Origin: Candidatus Omnitrophota bacterium
GTDB lineage: Bacteria; Omnitrophota; Gorgyraeia; Gygaellales; Profunditerraquicolaceae
DNA: 64,000 nt
Assembly: GCA_018825985.1 (NCBI GenBank)
Contig: JAHKAP010000002.1
Span: forward strand, 650 to 64,649
Reading direction: 5' to 3'
Shown here: positions 41,478-50,656 of the stretch, one piece after another
Numbering within the stretch: the first letter of the stretch is position 1
Layout: every line of letters starts with the position of its first letter
Translations under genes and position numbers: made by a program
Notes under the pieces: generated by a model
Seen by the model: the letters and a program-made list of their open reading frames with translations, nothing else
The model's database searches: none
What the model was told of the DNA's origin: nothing

Positions 41478-41647
41478 GCACAAATGGACACGCATTATCC
41501 CGACGTTTCGTGAAGTCAGCCGGGATCCCGCGTGACTATCAGGATTTGCCGCGGGGTGAGGCGAACATACACGAATTTATTTGTGTAAATTTGTGTGAGT
41601 TGTAAATTATTTAATTGCTGATTGCGAATTAGTGATAATTCGTGCTA
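41478..41647. repeat. Family C2 element (CACGAA.../ATTCGTG-type) with nested GC-rich insert
   Basis: Aligns with 56419-56528 except for ~60 bp at about 41497-41560. Confidence 0.75.
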
Positions 41648-41668
41648 AGAATAGGATAGGTTAAGATA

Positions 41669-42340
41669 ATGATAAGTATATTGGGAAAAAAAGTTGGAAT
41701 GACGCACGTTTTTAGCGAAGACGGGCGGATGGTCCCGGTTACGGTCGTGGAAGCCGGGCCCTGTCCGGTTTTAGCGGTCAGGGAAAAGTCTGTTCAGGTA
41801 GGATTTGACCCGGTTAGCGAAAAGAAACTTAAAAAGCCCCAAGCCGGTTATTTTAAGAAATTAAACATCGCCCCGCAAAAAATTATCCGGGATCTTCAAA
41901 AAGAACCGGGTAAAGAGTATAAAGCCGGCGATGAATTAAAAGCGGATATATTTAAGCCCGGCGATTTTGTGGATGTCTCCGGGGTTAGTATAGGTAAAGG
42001 ATTCCAGGGCGGTATGAAACGCTGGCATTGGAAGGGCGGGCCTATGACTCACGGTTCGACTTCGCATCGAAGGGTAGGGTCGATGGGCTCTACTACTACT
42101 CCAGGAAGAGTATGGAAAGGGCACCATCTTCCCGGGCATATGGGCGCGGGTAAAGTTACGGTCCAGAGCCTGGAGATAATCAAGGTTGACCCGGCAAATA
42201 ATTTATTGGCGATCAAGGGCGCTGTTCCCGGGTATAATGATAACTATTTGGTGATTAAAACCGCTAAAAAGAAGAAGGCCAAGGTAGCTCCCGCGGTTTC
42301 TTTAAAAACGGAAAAACAACCAGCTAAAAAGAAATCATGA
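41669..42340 (+). CDS. rplC: 50S ribosomal protein L3
   Basis: GKKVGMT, GKGFQG, GHMG. Confidence 0.98.
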   Translation: MISILGKKVGMTHVFSEDGRMVPVTVVEAGPCPVLAVREKSVQVGFDPVSEKKLKKPQAGYFKKLNIAPQKIIRDLQKEPGKEYKAGDELKADIFKPGDFVDVSGVSIGKGFQGGMKRWHWKGGPMTHGSTSHRRVGSMGSTTTPGRVWKGHHLPGHMGAGKVTVQSLEIIKVDPANNLLAIKGAVPGYNDNYLVIKTAKKKKAKVAPAVSLKTEKQPAKKKS

Positions 42341-42969
42341 ATATAACTGTATATAACACCGACGGAAAAGAAGTTGATTCATTAAAGATCGACGATTCGA
42401 TCATTAATGAAGGCATAAACAAAGCGGCGGTCCATCAGGTGGTGAAGTGTTACCTCGCAAATCAGCGCAAGGGCCTGGCCTCAACCAAGACTAGGGGCGA
42501 GGTGTCAGGCGGCGGTAAAAAGCCCTGGAAGCAAAAAGGCACCGGCCGGGCCAGGATCGGTTCTATACGTTCCCCGCTCTGGCGCCACGGCGGAGTAGTA
42601 TTCGGGCCTCACCCAAGAGATTTTACTTATACCCTTTCGAATAAGATAAAACAAGCGGCTTTAAAAACAGTAGTGGCAGAAAAAATCAGAAATAATTGCC
42701 TGTTGCTTTTGGATAATTTAAAAATTGAGATTCCTAAGACTAAGGAGGCGGTTAAGATCTTAGGAAATTTAAAGGTCAATCACCGCAAAGAAAAGATCTT
42801 AGTTTTATTGGCGAAAATGGATAATGATTTGAAACGTTCGTTTCATAATATCGATTCGTTGATCCTGGATCTCGCCAGAAATAGCAACACCTATCAGATC
42901 CTGAACGCCGATAAGATTATTATTACCAAAGATAGCTTTAAGGAATTAATAGAGAGGGTTAGAAAATGA
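42337..42969 (+). CDS. rplD: 50S ribosomal protein L4
   Basis: KPWKQKGTGRARIGSIRSP. Confidence 0.98.
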   Translation: MNITVYNTDGKEVDSLKIDDSIINEGINKAAVHQVVKCYLANQRKGLASTKTRGEVSGGGKKPWKQKGTGRARIGSIRSPLWRHGGVVFGPHPRDFTYTLSNKIKQAALKTVVAEKIRNNCLLLLDNLKIEIPKTKEAVKILGNLKVNHRKEKILVLLAKMDNDLKRSFHNIDSLILDLARNSNTYQILNADKIIITKDSFKELIERVRK

Positions 42970-43244
42970 TTTCTCCTTACGATGTAATCAGGTCTTTGAT
43001 CAGGACCGAAAAATCAAGTTTGCAGGAGCCCGACGGTAAATATCTATTCCTGGTTGAAAAGTCGAGCAACAAGAGCCAGATCAAGCGGGCGGTTGAGGAA
43101 GTTTATAAAGTAAAGGTTACAGATGTAAATACTATAATATCCCCGGGAAAATTGACCCGGGTCAGGTATCAGTACGGGAAAAAGCCTGATTTTAAAAAAG
43201 CAATAGTAACCCTTAAAAAGGGCCAAAAGATCGAGACGGCATAA
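42966..43244 (+). CDS. rplW: 50S ribosomal protein L23
   Basis: [24 protein letters not shown]. Confidence 0.97.
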   Translation: MISPYDVIRSLIRTEKSSLQEPDGKYLFLVEKSSNKSQIKRAVEEVYKVKVTDVNTIISPGKLTRVRYQYGKKPDFKKAIVTLKKGQKIETA

Positions 43245-43245
43245 C

Positions 43246-44079
43246 ATGGGAATAAAAAAATACAGACCAACTACGCCTTCAAGGCGTTTTATGAACGGCC
43301 ATGATTTTTCTGATATAACCAAGACCGAGCCGGAAAAATCCTTGACCGCTCCGATCAAGAAAACCGGTGGCAGGAATAATTACGGCCGGATTACTTCAAG
43401 GTGGCGCGGCGGCGGGCATAAGCGGATGTTAAGACTTATTGATTTTAAAAGGAATATACTGGATACTCCGGCAAAGGTTATGACTATTGAATATGATCCT
43501 AACCGTACTGCCAGGATCGCCCTGGTAGAATATCCTAATAAGGAGAAGAGATATATCCTGGCCCCGATTGGATTAAAGGCCGGCGATGAAATTATTACCT
43601 CTAATCAGAAGTCTACTGAAATCAAGGTGGGAAATTGCCTGATTTTAAGAAATATTCCTCAAGGGACAATGATCCACAATATCGAATTAACTCCCGGAAA
43701 AGGCGGTCAGATCGTCAGGAGCGCTGGAACATCCGCTCAGATCATGGCTAAAGAAGGCGCGTTTGCCCATTTAAAGCTGCCATCTGGCGAGGTAAGATTG
43801 GTTAATTTGGATTGCCATGCCACAATAGGCCAGTTAAGTAATGCTGAAAATGGAGCGATTAATATCGGTAAAGCGGGAAGGAATCGTTGGTTAGGCTTTA
43901 TGCCTAGAGTGAGAGGTTTGGCTATGAACCCGGTGGATCATCCGCACGGAGGCGGAGAAGGAAAGTCAGGACAGGGTAACCCCCATCCGGTAACTCCCTG
44001 GGGTAAGCCTACCAAAGGCTATAGGACGCGTAACCGCACTAAATATTCAAATAAATTTATTATTAAAAGGAGAAAATAA
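43246..44079 (+). CDS. rplB: 50S ribosomal protein L2
   Basis: [26 protein letters not shown]. Confidence 0.99.
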   Translation: MGIKKYRPTTPSRRFMNGHDFSDITKTEPEKSLTAPIKKTGGRNNYGRITSRWRGGGHKRMLRLIDFKRNILDTPAKVMTIEYDPNRTARIALVEYPNKEKRYILAPIGLKAGDEIITSNQKSTEIKVGNCLILRNIPQGTMIHNIELTPGKGGQIVRSAGTSAQIMAKEGAFAHLKLPSGEVRLVNLDCHATIGQLSNAENGAINIGKAGRNRWLGFMPRVRGLAMNPVDHPHGGGEGKSGQGNPHPVTPWGKPTKGYRTRNRTKYSNKFIIKRRK

Positions 44080-44085
44080 AGGCCT

Positions 44086-44373
44086 ATGCCACGCTCATTA
44101 AAAAAAGGACCGTATGTTGAAGAGAAATTGATTAAAAAAGTCGACCGGATGCGTATCTCCGGAGGCCGCCAGGCGATTAAGACCTGGTCCAGACGTTCAA
44201 CCATTATACCTGATTTCGTCGGTTTTACTTTTGCGGTTTATGACGGGAAAAAACACATCCCGGTTTTTGTGACTGAAAATATGGTTGGGCATAAATTGGG
44301 TGAATTTGCTTTTAGCCGGATATTTAGAAAACACGGCGGTGTCAAGGCTAAGAAAGCCCCCGAAAAGACGTAA
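44086..44373 (+). CDS. rpsS: 30S ribosomal protein S19
   Basis: [25 protein letters not shown]. Confidence 0.99.
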   Translation: MPRSLKKGPYVEEKLIKKVDRMRISGGRQAIKTWSRRSTIIPDFVGFTFAVYDGKKHIPVFVTENMVGHKLGEFAFSRIFRKHGGVKAKKAPEKT

Positions 44374-44378
44374 AGGCT

Positions 44379-44596
44379 GTAGGTAGTATGTAGTAGATAG
44401 TAGGCAGGGATTAAATTTCCCCTAAATACTACCTACTAAATACTATCTACTAAGTAAAAGCAGTATGTAGCATATAGTAGGTAGGGATTAGGATATCCCG
44501 GAGAAGCCTACTAAACAAAAAAATAAACAACAATGTAAGTAGAAAAAAGGGGATCAGGGTATCCCTACATACTACCTACTAACTACTATCTACTAA
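44379..44596. repeat. Family E element: two units of heptamer-iterated TAGTA../..TACTA inverted arrays
   Basis: TAGTATG-TAGTAGA-TAGTAGG..GGGATT ... CCC..TACTACC-TACTAAA-TACTATC-TACTAA, repeated twice between rpsS and rplV. Confidence 0.85.
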
Positions 44597-44602
44597 AATA
44601 AA

Positions 44603-44935
44603 ATGATTGTAAAAGCTGAAAATAAGCATATAAAAATTTCACCGAGCAAGATGCGCGAGGTGATGGATTTGATCCGAAATAAGGATGTTCAGGAGGCAGA
44701 GGCGATCCTGATAAATTTAAATAAAAGGCCCAAAGAAAGTTTAATAAAAGTCTTGCGCTCGGCGATCGCTAATGCTAAAATTAAAGGCTTTGAACCTCGG
44801 CAATTATACATATCTAAGGTCATTTGTAATGTTGGGCCAGCCTGGAAGAGGTATAAGGCCGCGGCATTCGGCAGGGCAACGCCGATAAAAAGAAGGACCT
44901 CGCATATCAAAATCGAACTGGATTTGAAAGGATAA
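44603..44935 (+). CDS. rplV: 50S ribosomal protein L22
   Basis: ISPSKMR, SAIANA, GRATPIKRRTSHI. Confidence 0.97.
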   Translation: MIVKAENKHIKISPSKMREVMDLIRNKDVQEAEAILINLNKRPKESLIKVLRSAIANAKIKGFEPRQLYISKVICNVGPAWKRYKAAAFGRATPIKRRTSHIKIELDLKG

Positions 44936-44938
44936 AAA

Positions 44939-45607
44939 ATGGGACAAAAAGTAAGCCCTTTGTTATTAAGAATAGGTTTTACCAAAAATTGGCATAGCCG
45001 CTGGTTTGCCGGTAAGAAGGATTTTGCCAGATTTGTATCCGAGGATTTTAATATCCGTAAATACATTAAATCAAAATTCAAACAGGCAGCAGTAGCGCGG
45101 GTTATAATCGAGAGGCTTACCGAAAAAGTTAAGATCCGGATCCAGTCAGCCCGGCCGGGTATTATTATAGGCCGCCACGGAGCTGATATAGAGCGCTTAA
45201 GAGAAGATATAAATAGCATGGTTAAAAGAGAGGTTTCGATAGATATAGAAGAGATAAAAAATCCGGCTATGGATGCTCAGTTGGTATCTGAAAATATCGC
45301 GATGCAAATAGAGAAAAGGGTTGCTTTCCGCAGAGCGGTAAAAAGGGCCATTGAACAGACAATGTCCGCGGGGGCAAAAGGAGTAAAGATATCTACTGCC
45401 GGCAGGTTAAACGGCGCTGAAATGTGCCGCACTGAAACCTATAAACAGGGGAAGGTTCCGCTACAGACTTTTCGTGCGGATATTGATTATGGTTTTTCCG
45501 AGGCTTTCACAACCTATGGGTTGATCGGAGTCAAGGTTTGGCTTTATAAAGGCGATATATTAGGTAAGCCTATTGCACCGCGGGATGCGCGCCAGCAGGG
45601 CGCGTAG
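44939..45607 (+). CDS. rpsC: 30S ribosomal protein S3
   Basis: MGQKV.P, RPGIIIG, GRLNGAE, PLQTFRADIDY. Confidence 0.99.
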   Translation: MGQKVSPLLLRIGFTKNWHSRWFAGKKDFARFVSEDFNIRKYIKSKFKQAAVARVIIERLTEKVKIRIQSARPGIIIGRHGADIERLREDINSMVKREVSIDIEEIKNPAMDAQLVSENIAMQIEKRVAFRRAVKRAIEQTMSAGAKGVKISTAGRLNGAEMCRTETYKQGKVPLQTFRADIDYGFSEAFTTYGLIGVKVWLYKGDILGKPIAPRDARQQGA

Positions 45608-45643
45608 GTTGTAAATTAAAAGCGTAATCTTTTAAAATCAAAA

Positions 45644-45683
45644 CCCCGCACCTTCCAACAGGGTATTCTGGGAAGGTGAGGGA
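45644..45683. repeat. Family F short element
   Basis: CCCCGCACCTTCC...GGAAGGTGAGGG. Confidence 0.8.
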
Positions 45684-45704
45684 TAAACAAAAAGCGAGAT
45701 TGAT

Positions 45705-46121
45705 ATGGCATTAATGCCCAAAAGGGTTAAATTCAGGAAGCTGCAAAAGGGTCAACGACGCGGTATTGCCAGCAGAGGTTCGGAATTGGCGTTCGGCGAG
45801 TTCGGGTTAAAAGTGTTAGCAAACGGTTGGCTTAAGAATAATCAGATTGAGGCCTGCCGCGTGGTTCTGGCCAGGCAGTTACATAAAGGCGGAAGACTAT
45901 GGATCAGGGTTTTTCCGGATAAATCTATAACCAAAAAACCGGCGGAAGTTCGCATGGGTAAAGGCAAAGGGGATATCGACCATTGGGTATGTGTTATTAA
46001 GAGAGGCCGTATCCTTTTTGAATTAAGCGGTGTGCATGAAGAATATGCCCGCAGGTGTTTCAGGTTGATAGCCTACAAGCTTCCTTTTAGGGCAAAGTTC
46101 GTAACCAGGGCGCATAAGTAA
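45705..46121 (+). CDS. rplP: 50S ribosomal protein L16
   Basis: [29 protein letters not shown]. Confidence 0.99.
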   Translation: MALMPKRVKFRKLQKGQRRGIASRGSELAFGEFGLKVLANGWLKNNQIEACRVVLARQLHKGGRLWIRVFPDKSITKKPAEVRMGKGKGDIDHWVCVIKRGRILFELSGVHEEYARRCFRLIAYKLPFRAKFVTRAHK

Positions 46122-46125
46122 ATGA

Positions 46126-46203
46126 ACCCCGCACCTTCTAAAGAATTCAGTTATAATAAGGTAAAAGGTGCCGGGTCCATGAATAAGAGAGAAGGTGCGG
46201 GGT
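46126..46203. repeat. Family F element overlapping the rpmC start
   Basis: ACCCCGCACCTTCT...AGAAGGTGCGGGGT, plus an internal AAGGTGCCGGGT arm. Confidence 0.85.
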
Positions 46204-46402
46204 GAAAATACAAGAGCTGCGTAATTTATCAAGAGAAGAATTAATAAATAAGGAAAAATCCCTGAAAGAGGAATTGTATAAAATGAATCTTCAGCGTTAC
46301 GGCGGACAGGTAGAAAAACCGCACAAGTTCTCTTTGATCAAGAGGGATATTGTCAGGATCAAAACAATTCTATCGGAAAAGAAAGAGAAAATAAATGGGT
46401 AA
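46202..46402 (+). CDS. rpmC: 50S ribosomal protein L29
   Basis: ELRNLS.EEL, LKEELY, PH, IKRDIVRIKT; GTG start. Confidence 0.95.
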   Translation: MKIQELRNLSREELINKEKSLKEELYKMNLQRYGGQVEKPHKFSLIKRDIVRIKTILSEKKEKING

Positions 46403-46676
46403 GCGCAAATTATTTACAGGCGTCGTAGTCAGCGATAAAATGATGAAGACAGTTATCGTGAAGATTATGCATTTAAGCAAGCATCCCAAGTATGGTAGGA
46501 TCATGAAAAGGTATAATAAATTTAAGGCTCATGATGAGTCAAACAATGCTAAGGTAGGCGATACTGTCAAAATCGAGGAAACCAGGCCTATATCTAAAGA
46601 TAAACGTTTTCGGGTCTTGGAGATCGTTAAAAAAGCCAAGATGCTGCACGTTGAATCAAAGGATGAGGTAAAATGA
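46395..46676 (+). CDS. rpsQ: 30S ribosomal protein S17
   Basis: [24 protein letters not shown]. Confidence 0.98.
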   Translation: MGKRKLFTGVVVSDKMMKTVIVKIMHLSKHPKYGRIMKRYNKFKAHDESNNAKVGDTVKIEETRPISKDKRFRVLEIVKKAKMLHVESKDEVK

Positions 46677-47041
46677 TCCAATTACGTACTATTTTGGATG
46701 TGGCGGATAATAGCGGCGCGAGAAAAGCGTCTTTGATCGGTGTATTAGGAAAGAAAAACAGTTTGACTGCCGTTATCGGGGACGTTGTTAATGTTAATAT
46801 TAAGGAATCATCGCCGGATGGGGTGGTTAAAAAAGGAGAGGTGGCAAAGGCGGTGATAGTCAGGACCAAGGAAGCGATCAGGCGCGCCGACGGTTCGATA
46901 TTGAGATTCGACCGTAATGCCGTAGTTATTATTGACGCTCAGATGAATCCCAGGGGGACAAGAGTTTTCGGGCCGGTAGCGAAAGAATTAAGGGAGAAGA
47001 ACTTTACAAAAATCATTTCCCTGGCCCCGGAAGTCATATAG
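46673..47041 (+). CDS. rplN: 50S ribosomal protein L14
   Basis: [24 protein letters not shown]. Confidence 0.99.
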   Translation: MIQLRTILDVADNSGARKASLIGVLGKKNSLTAVIGDVVNVNIKESSPDGVVKKGEVAKAVIVRTKEAIRRADGSILRFDRNAVVIIDAQMNPRGTRVFGPVAKELREKNFTKIISLAPEVI

Positions 47042-47061
47042 AAAGCTGTAAAAAAATATTA

Positions 47062-47137
47062 TGATTCCAGAGATTAAAAGACAGATTACAGAGATAAAGC
47101 TATAATCGCTGTAATCTTTTCTAAAATCTTTGTAATC
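47062..47137. repeat. Family D element
   Basis: Close homolog of 26104-26178. Confidence 0.85.
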
Positions 47138-47157
47138 GCCGTAAAAAAGGAAGCAGA

Positions 47158-47472
47158 ATGTTAAAGATAAAAAAAGGCGATACAGTTCAGGCGATTAAAG
47201 GTAAGGATAAAGGAAAAAAAGGCAAGGTGTTAAACGTATTAGCCAAGGAAAGCCGGATCATAGTTGAGGGTATAAACCTGGCAAAAAAAGCGATGCGAAA
47301 AACACAAACTAATCAACAAGGCGGGATAGTTTCTATCGAGAGGCCTTTACACATATCCAACGTGATGTATTTCTGTAAGGGCTGCAGCCGGCCTTCCCGC
47401 GTAGGGTTTAAGCTTCTGGAAGATAAAACTAAGGTAAGATTTTGCAAAAATTGCAGCGAAAACATACAATAA
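47158..47472 (+). CDS. rplX: 50S ribosomal protein L24
   Basis: [28 protein letters not shown]. Confidence 0.98.
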   Translation: MLKIKKGDTVQAIKGKDKGKKGKVLNVLAKESRIIVEGINLAKKAMRKTQTNQQGGIVSIERPLHISNVMYFCKGCSRPSRVGFKLLEDKTKVRFCKNCSENIQ

Positions 47473-47483
47473 GGAACCATATT

Positions 47484-48038
47484 ATGATACCTAGATTGCT
47501 GGAAAAATACCGTAATGAAATATCCCCGATAATGATGGAGCAATTTAAACTTAAAAACAAGTACGCTGTCCCTAAGATTGAGAAAATAGTAGTGAATATG
47601 GGGGTCGGTGAGGCTCTTGGCGATATTAAGATACTGGAAAAGGCAATGGATGACCTGGCCCTTATTACTGGCCAAAAACCGATCATGCGCCGGGCCAAAA
47701 AAGCTATCGCAAATTTTAAGATCAGGGATGGTTTGCCCATAGGCTGCAAGGTAACGCTTAGAAAAACAATGATGTACGAGTTTATGGACCGGTTGTTAAA
47801 TGTGGCCCTTCCGCGTATCCGGGATTTCCGGGGAGTGCCGGAGAGGTCTTTTGATAAAGCCGGTAATTATACGCTGGGGCTCTCTGAACAGGGGATTTTT
47901 CCGGAAATAGATTATGACCGGATCACCCGGGTCCAGGGCATGGATGTAACCTTTGTAATCAAAAATGCCAAAACCGCGGAAGAGGCTAGGGAATTCTTAA
48001 GATTATTTGGCATGCCTTTTTCCCGCAAAAACGAATAA
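47484..48038 (+). CDS. rplE: 50S ribosomal protein L5
   Basis: [28 protein letters not shown]; ATG at 47484 preferred. Confidence 0.98.
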   Translation: MIPRLLEKYRNEISPIMMEQFKLKNKYAVPKIEKIVVNMGVGEALGDIKILEKAMDDLALITGQKPIMRRAKKAIANFKIRDGLPIGCKVTLRKTMMYEFMDRLLNVALPRIRDFRGVPERSFDKAGNYTLGLSEQGIFPEIDYDRITRVQGMDVTFVIKNAKTAEEAREFLRLFGMPFSRKNE

Positions 48039-48118
48039 AAATTGGGCGGGATCCCGCTTGAGGAAGAATGAAATGAGCGGTAAAGACTAAGAAACAATAA
48101 GGAGAATATTTTAAAGAT

Positions 48119-48304
48119 ATGGCTAAGACATCACAGATAAACAGATGGAAGGGTAAAAAGAAATTTTCAACCCGAGAATATAACCGTTGCCGCATCTGCG
48201 GCCGCTCAGGCGGATATTTAAGGAGATTTCAGCTTTGCCGCATATGTTTTCTGGAATTAGCCTGGCAGGGACTGATCCCCGGGGTCAAAAAATCCAGTTG
48301 GTAA
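48119..48304 (+). CDS. rpsN: 30S ribosomal protein S14 (Zn-binding type Z)
   Basis: NRCRICGR...[15 protein letters not shown]; 61 aa. Confidence 0.98.
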   Translation: MAKTSQINRWKGKKKFSTREYNRCRICGRSGGYLRRFQLCRICFLELAWQGLIPGVKKSSW

Positions 48305-48330
48305 ATTAAAATAAAGGAGAAACTATATAA

Positions 48331-48726
48331 ATGTCTAGGACAGATTCGATAGCTGACGCCTTTACCGTGATCAGAAACGCGATCATGGCTAAGAAGGAGA
48401 ATTTGGATATTCCTGCTTCCAGGGTTATAACAGTTATCCTGGAAATACTTAAAAAGGAAGAATACATAGATAACTTTAAGTCTATAGAGGATAAAAAACA
48501 GGGGATTTTGAGGGTATATCTTAAATACGTCGGAAAGAAATGCGTGATCGGCGGCATAAAACGCATCTCCACCCCCGGCTTACGCAAGTATGTGACTCAT
48601 GATAAGATCCCCTATGTTTTACGAGGCAGGGGCCTGGCTATAATTTCGACCTCAAAGGGGATTCTAACGGATAAAGAAGCCAGGGAGCAAAGGTGCGGCG
48701 GCGAGGTTATTGGGTATATTTGGTAA
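48331..48726 (+). CDS. rpsH: 30S ribosomal protein S8
   Basis: DSIAD, RISTPGLR, ISTSKG, GGEV. Confidence 0.98.
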   Translation: MSRTDSIADAFTVIRNAIMAKKENLDIPASRVITVILEILKKEEYIDNFKSIEDKKQGILRVYLKYVGKKCVIGGIKRISTPGLRKYVTHDKIPYVLRGRGLAIISTSKGILTDKEAREQRCGGEVIGYIW

Positions 48727-48741
48727 GGAGGGATAGGTTTC

Positions 48742-49290
48742 ATGTCTAGAATCGGAAGAAAGCCAGTAAATCTACCTAAAGATGCTAAGGTAGAGATTAA
48801 AGGCAGTTTTATTTCTGTTGAGGGTCCAAAGGGGAAATTAGCCCGGACCTTTAGCGACAGGATAGGTATGGAGGTTAAGGATAACCAGATTTTTGTTACC
48901 CGGGCTGGGGACACAAAGCTGGATAAGGGTCAGCAGGGTTTAGTCAGGGCCTTGGTCGGGAATATGCTTAAGGGCGTGACCGAAGGCTATGTCAAGGAAT
49001 TAGAGATAAACGGCGTTGGTTTTAAGGCTTTGGTTCAGGGAAATATCCTGACCATGAATTTGGGATTTTCTCACCCGGTTATTTTCAATGTACCCGAGGG
49101 TATAAAAATAGAGGTTCCTAAGCCGACTCAGATTGTGATCCGGGGTATCGATAAGGAAAAGGTCGGGGAACTGGCGGCTGAGATACGTTCGGTATACCCG
49201 CCTGAACCGTATAAAGGTAAAGGTGTGCGTTATTTAGGAGAATACGTAAAGAAAAAAGTCGGAAAGGCCCAGGCAACTGGCGGAAAGTAA
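48742..49290 (+). CDS. rplF: 50S ribosomal protein L6
   Basis: MSRIGRKP, GPKG, LGFSHP, PEPYKGKGVRY. Confidence 0.99.
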   Translation: MSRIGRKPVNLPKDAKVEIKGSFISVEGPKGKLARTFSDRIGMEVKDNQIFVTRAGDTKLDKGQQGLVRALVGNMLKGVTEGYVKELEINGVGFKALVQGNILTMNLGFSHPVIFNVPEGIKIEVPKPTQIVIRGIDKEKVGELAAEIRSVYPPEPYKGKGVRYLGEYVKKKVGKAQATGGK

Positions 49291-49291
49291 T

Positions 49292-49654
49292 ATGAAAAAT
49301 AAAAAATTAATAAAGCAAATTGGAAGGCATACGCGTATCCGTTTGCGTATAAAAGGCAATGGTGAACGCCCTCGTTTAGTGCTTAACCGGGGATTGAAGA
49401 ATATTTTTGCCCAATTGGTCGATGATACCAAGAATAAAACGGTATTTTCCTTATCGACTCTGGATAAAGAAATAAAATCGAAATTTCCCGCTGCCGGCAA
49501 TATCAAGGCCGCGGAGTTTTTCGGGGAGATTTTCGCCCGCCGGGCAGTGGAAAAAGGGATCAAAAAAATCGTTTTTGACCGGGCGGGGTATTTATATCAC
49601 GGAAGGGTCAAGGCTTTTGCCGATTCCTTAAGAAAAGCAGGATTGGAGTTTTAA
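49292..49654 (+). CDS. rplR: 50S ribosomal protein L18
   Basis: RPRL, AQLVDD, VFDRAGYLYHGRVKA. Confidence 0.98.
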   Translation: MKNKKLIKQIGRHTRIRLRIKGNGERPRLVLNRGLKNIFAQLVDDTKNKTVFSLSTLDKEIKSKFPAAGNIKAAEFFGEIFARRAVEKGIKKIVFDRAGYLYHGRVKAFADSLRKAGLEF

Positions 49655-50113
49655 ATGCGCGAAGTAAATATACAACAGCAATCAGAGCTAAGCGAGAAAA
49701 TAGTTTCAATTAACAGGGTTACTAAGGTTACTAAGGGCGGGAAAAAGATGTCTTTCAGCGCCCTGGTAGTTGTCGGTGATAGGAACGGCCGGGTTGGTTA
49801 TGCCTTAGGAAAGGCAAATGAAGTTGCCGATGCCATACGTAAAGGCTTAGGCAGGGCTAAAAAGGATTTAGTCAAGATCGGCGTAGAGGATTCAACTATA
49901 CCCCATGAAGTGATCGGTAAATATGCCGGAGCTAAAGTTCTTTTGAAGCCGGCTTCCGAAGGCACGGGAGTAATCGCCTGCGGCCCGGTCCGGGCCGTAT
50001 GCGAATCATGCGGGATAAAGGACATTCTTACTAAATCTTTAAAATCCAATAATCCTATCAATGTAATTAAGGCTACTATGGCCGCGTTATCGAATTTAAA
50101 AGGAAAAAAATAA
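49655..50113 (+). CDS. rpsE: 30S ribosomal protein S5
   Basis: [29 protein letters not shown]. Confidence 0.99.
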   Translation: MREVNIQQQSELSEKIVSINRVTKVTKGGKKMSFSALVVVGDRNGRVGYALGKANEVADAIRKGLGRAKKDLVKIGVEDSTIPHEVIGKYAGAKVLLKPASEGTGVIACGPVRAVCESCGIKDILTKSLKSNNPINVIKATMAALSNLKGKK

Positions 50114-50656
50114 ATGCTTAAAACTAAAAAGACAGTTAAGGCTGAACCAAAGGCCGAGAAATCCGTTAAACAGCCGATTCCTGCTCAGGAAGCGGATAAA
50201 TCTGTATATAAAATCGGCCTGCATAATTTAAGGGCTCCTTTTGGGTCGCATAAAAAAAGAAAATTATTGGGAAGAGGCGCAGGTTCCGGACACGGAAAAA
50301 CATCTACCCGGGGAAGTAAGGGCGCGACTTCGCGTTCAGGTCCTGGCGTTTACCTGGGACACGAAGGAGGCCAGTCTCCATTGATCCGCAAAATGCCCAA
50401 ACGGGGATTTAACAGCAGGACTCCGCTAAAATACCAGGTCGTTAACCTTGAATCGTTAGTTAAGATTAAAGAAGATATTATTAATCCTTCCTTATTGCTG
50501 GAAAAGGGTTTTATCAAAAGTAAGTCTGTCCCGGTTAAGATACTGGGAAACGGCGAGCTTAAGGCCGCGAAGACGTTCCAGGCCCACGCTTTTTCAAAAA
50601 AGGCCCAGGAGAAGATAAAAAATACAGGTGGTAAAGTAGAGGTTATTAATGCTTAG
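50114..50656 (+). CDS. rplO: 50S ribosomal protein L15 with N-terminal extension
   Basis: GRGAGSGHGKTS, EGGQSPL, PKRGF, KILGNG. Confidence 0.97.
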   Translation: MLKTKKTVKAEPKAEKSVKQPIPAQEADKSVYKIGLHNLRAPFGSHKKRKLLGRGAGSGHGKTSTRGSKGATSRSGPGVYLGHEGGQSPLIRKMPKRGFNSRTPLKYQVVNLESLVKIKEDIINPSLLLEKGFIKSKSVPVKILGNGELKAAKTFQAHAFSKKAQEKIKNTGGKVEVINA

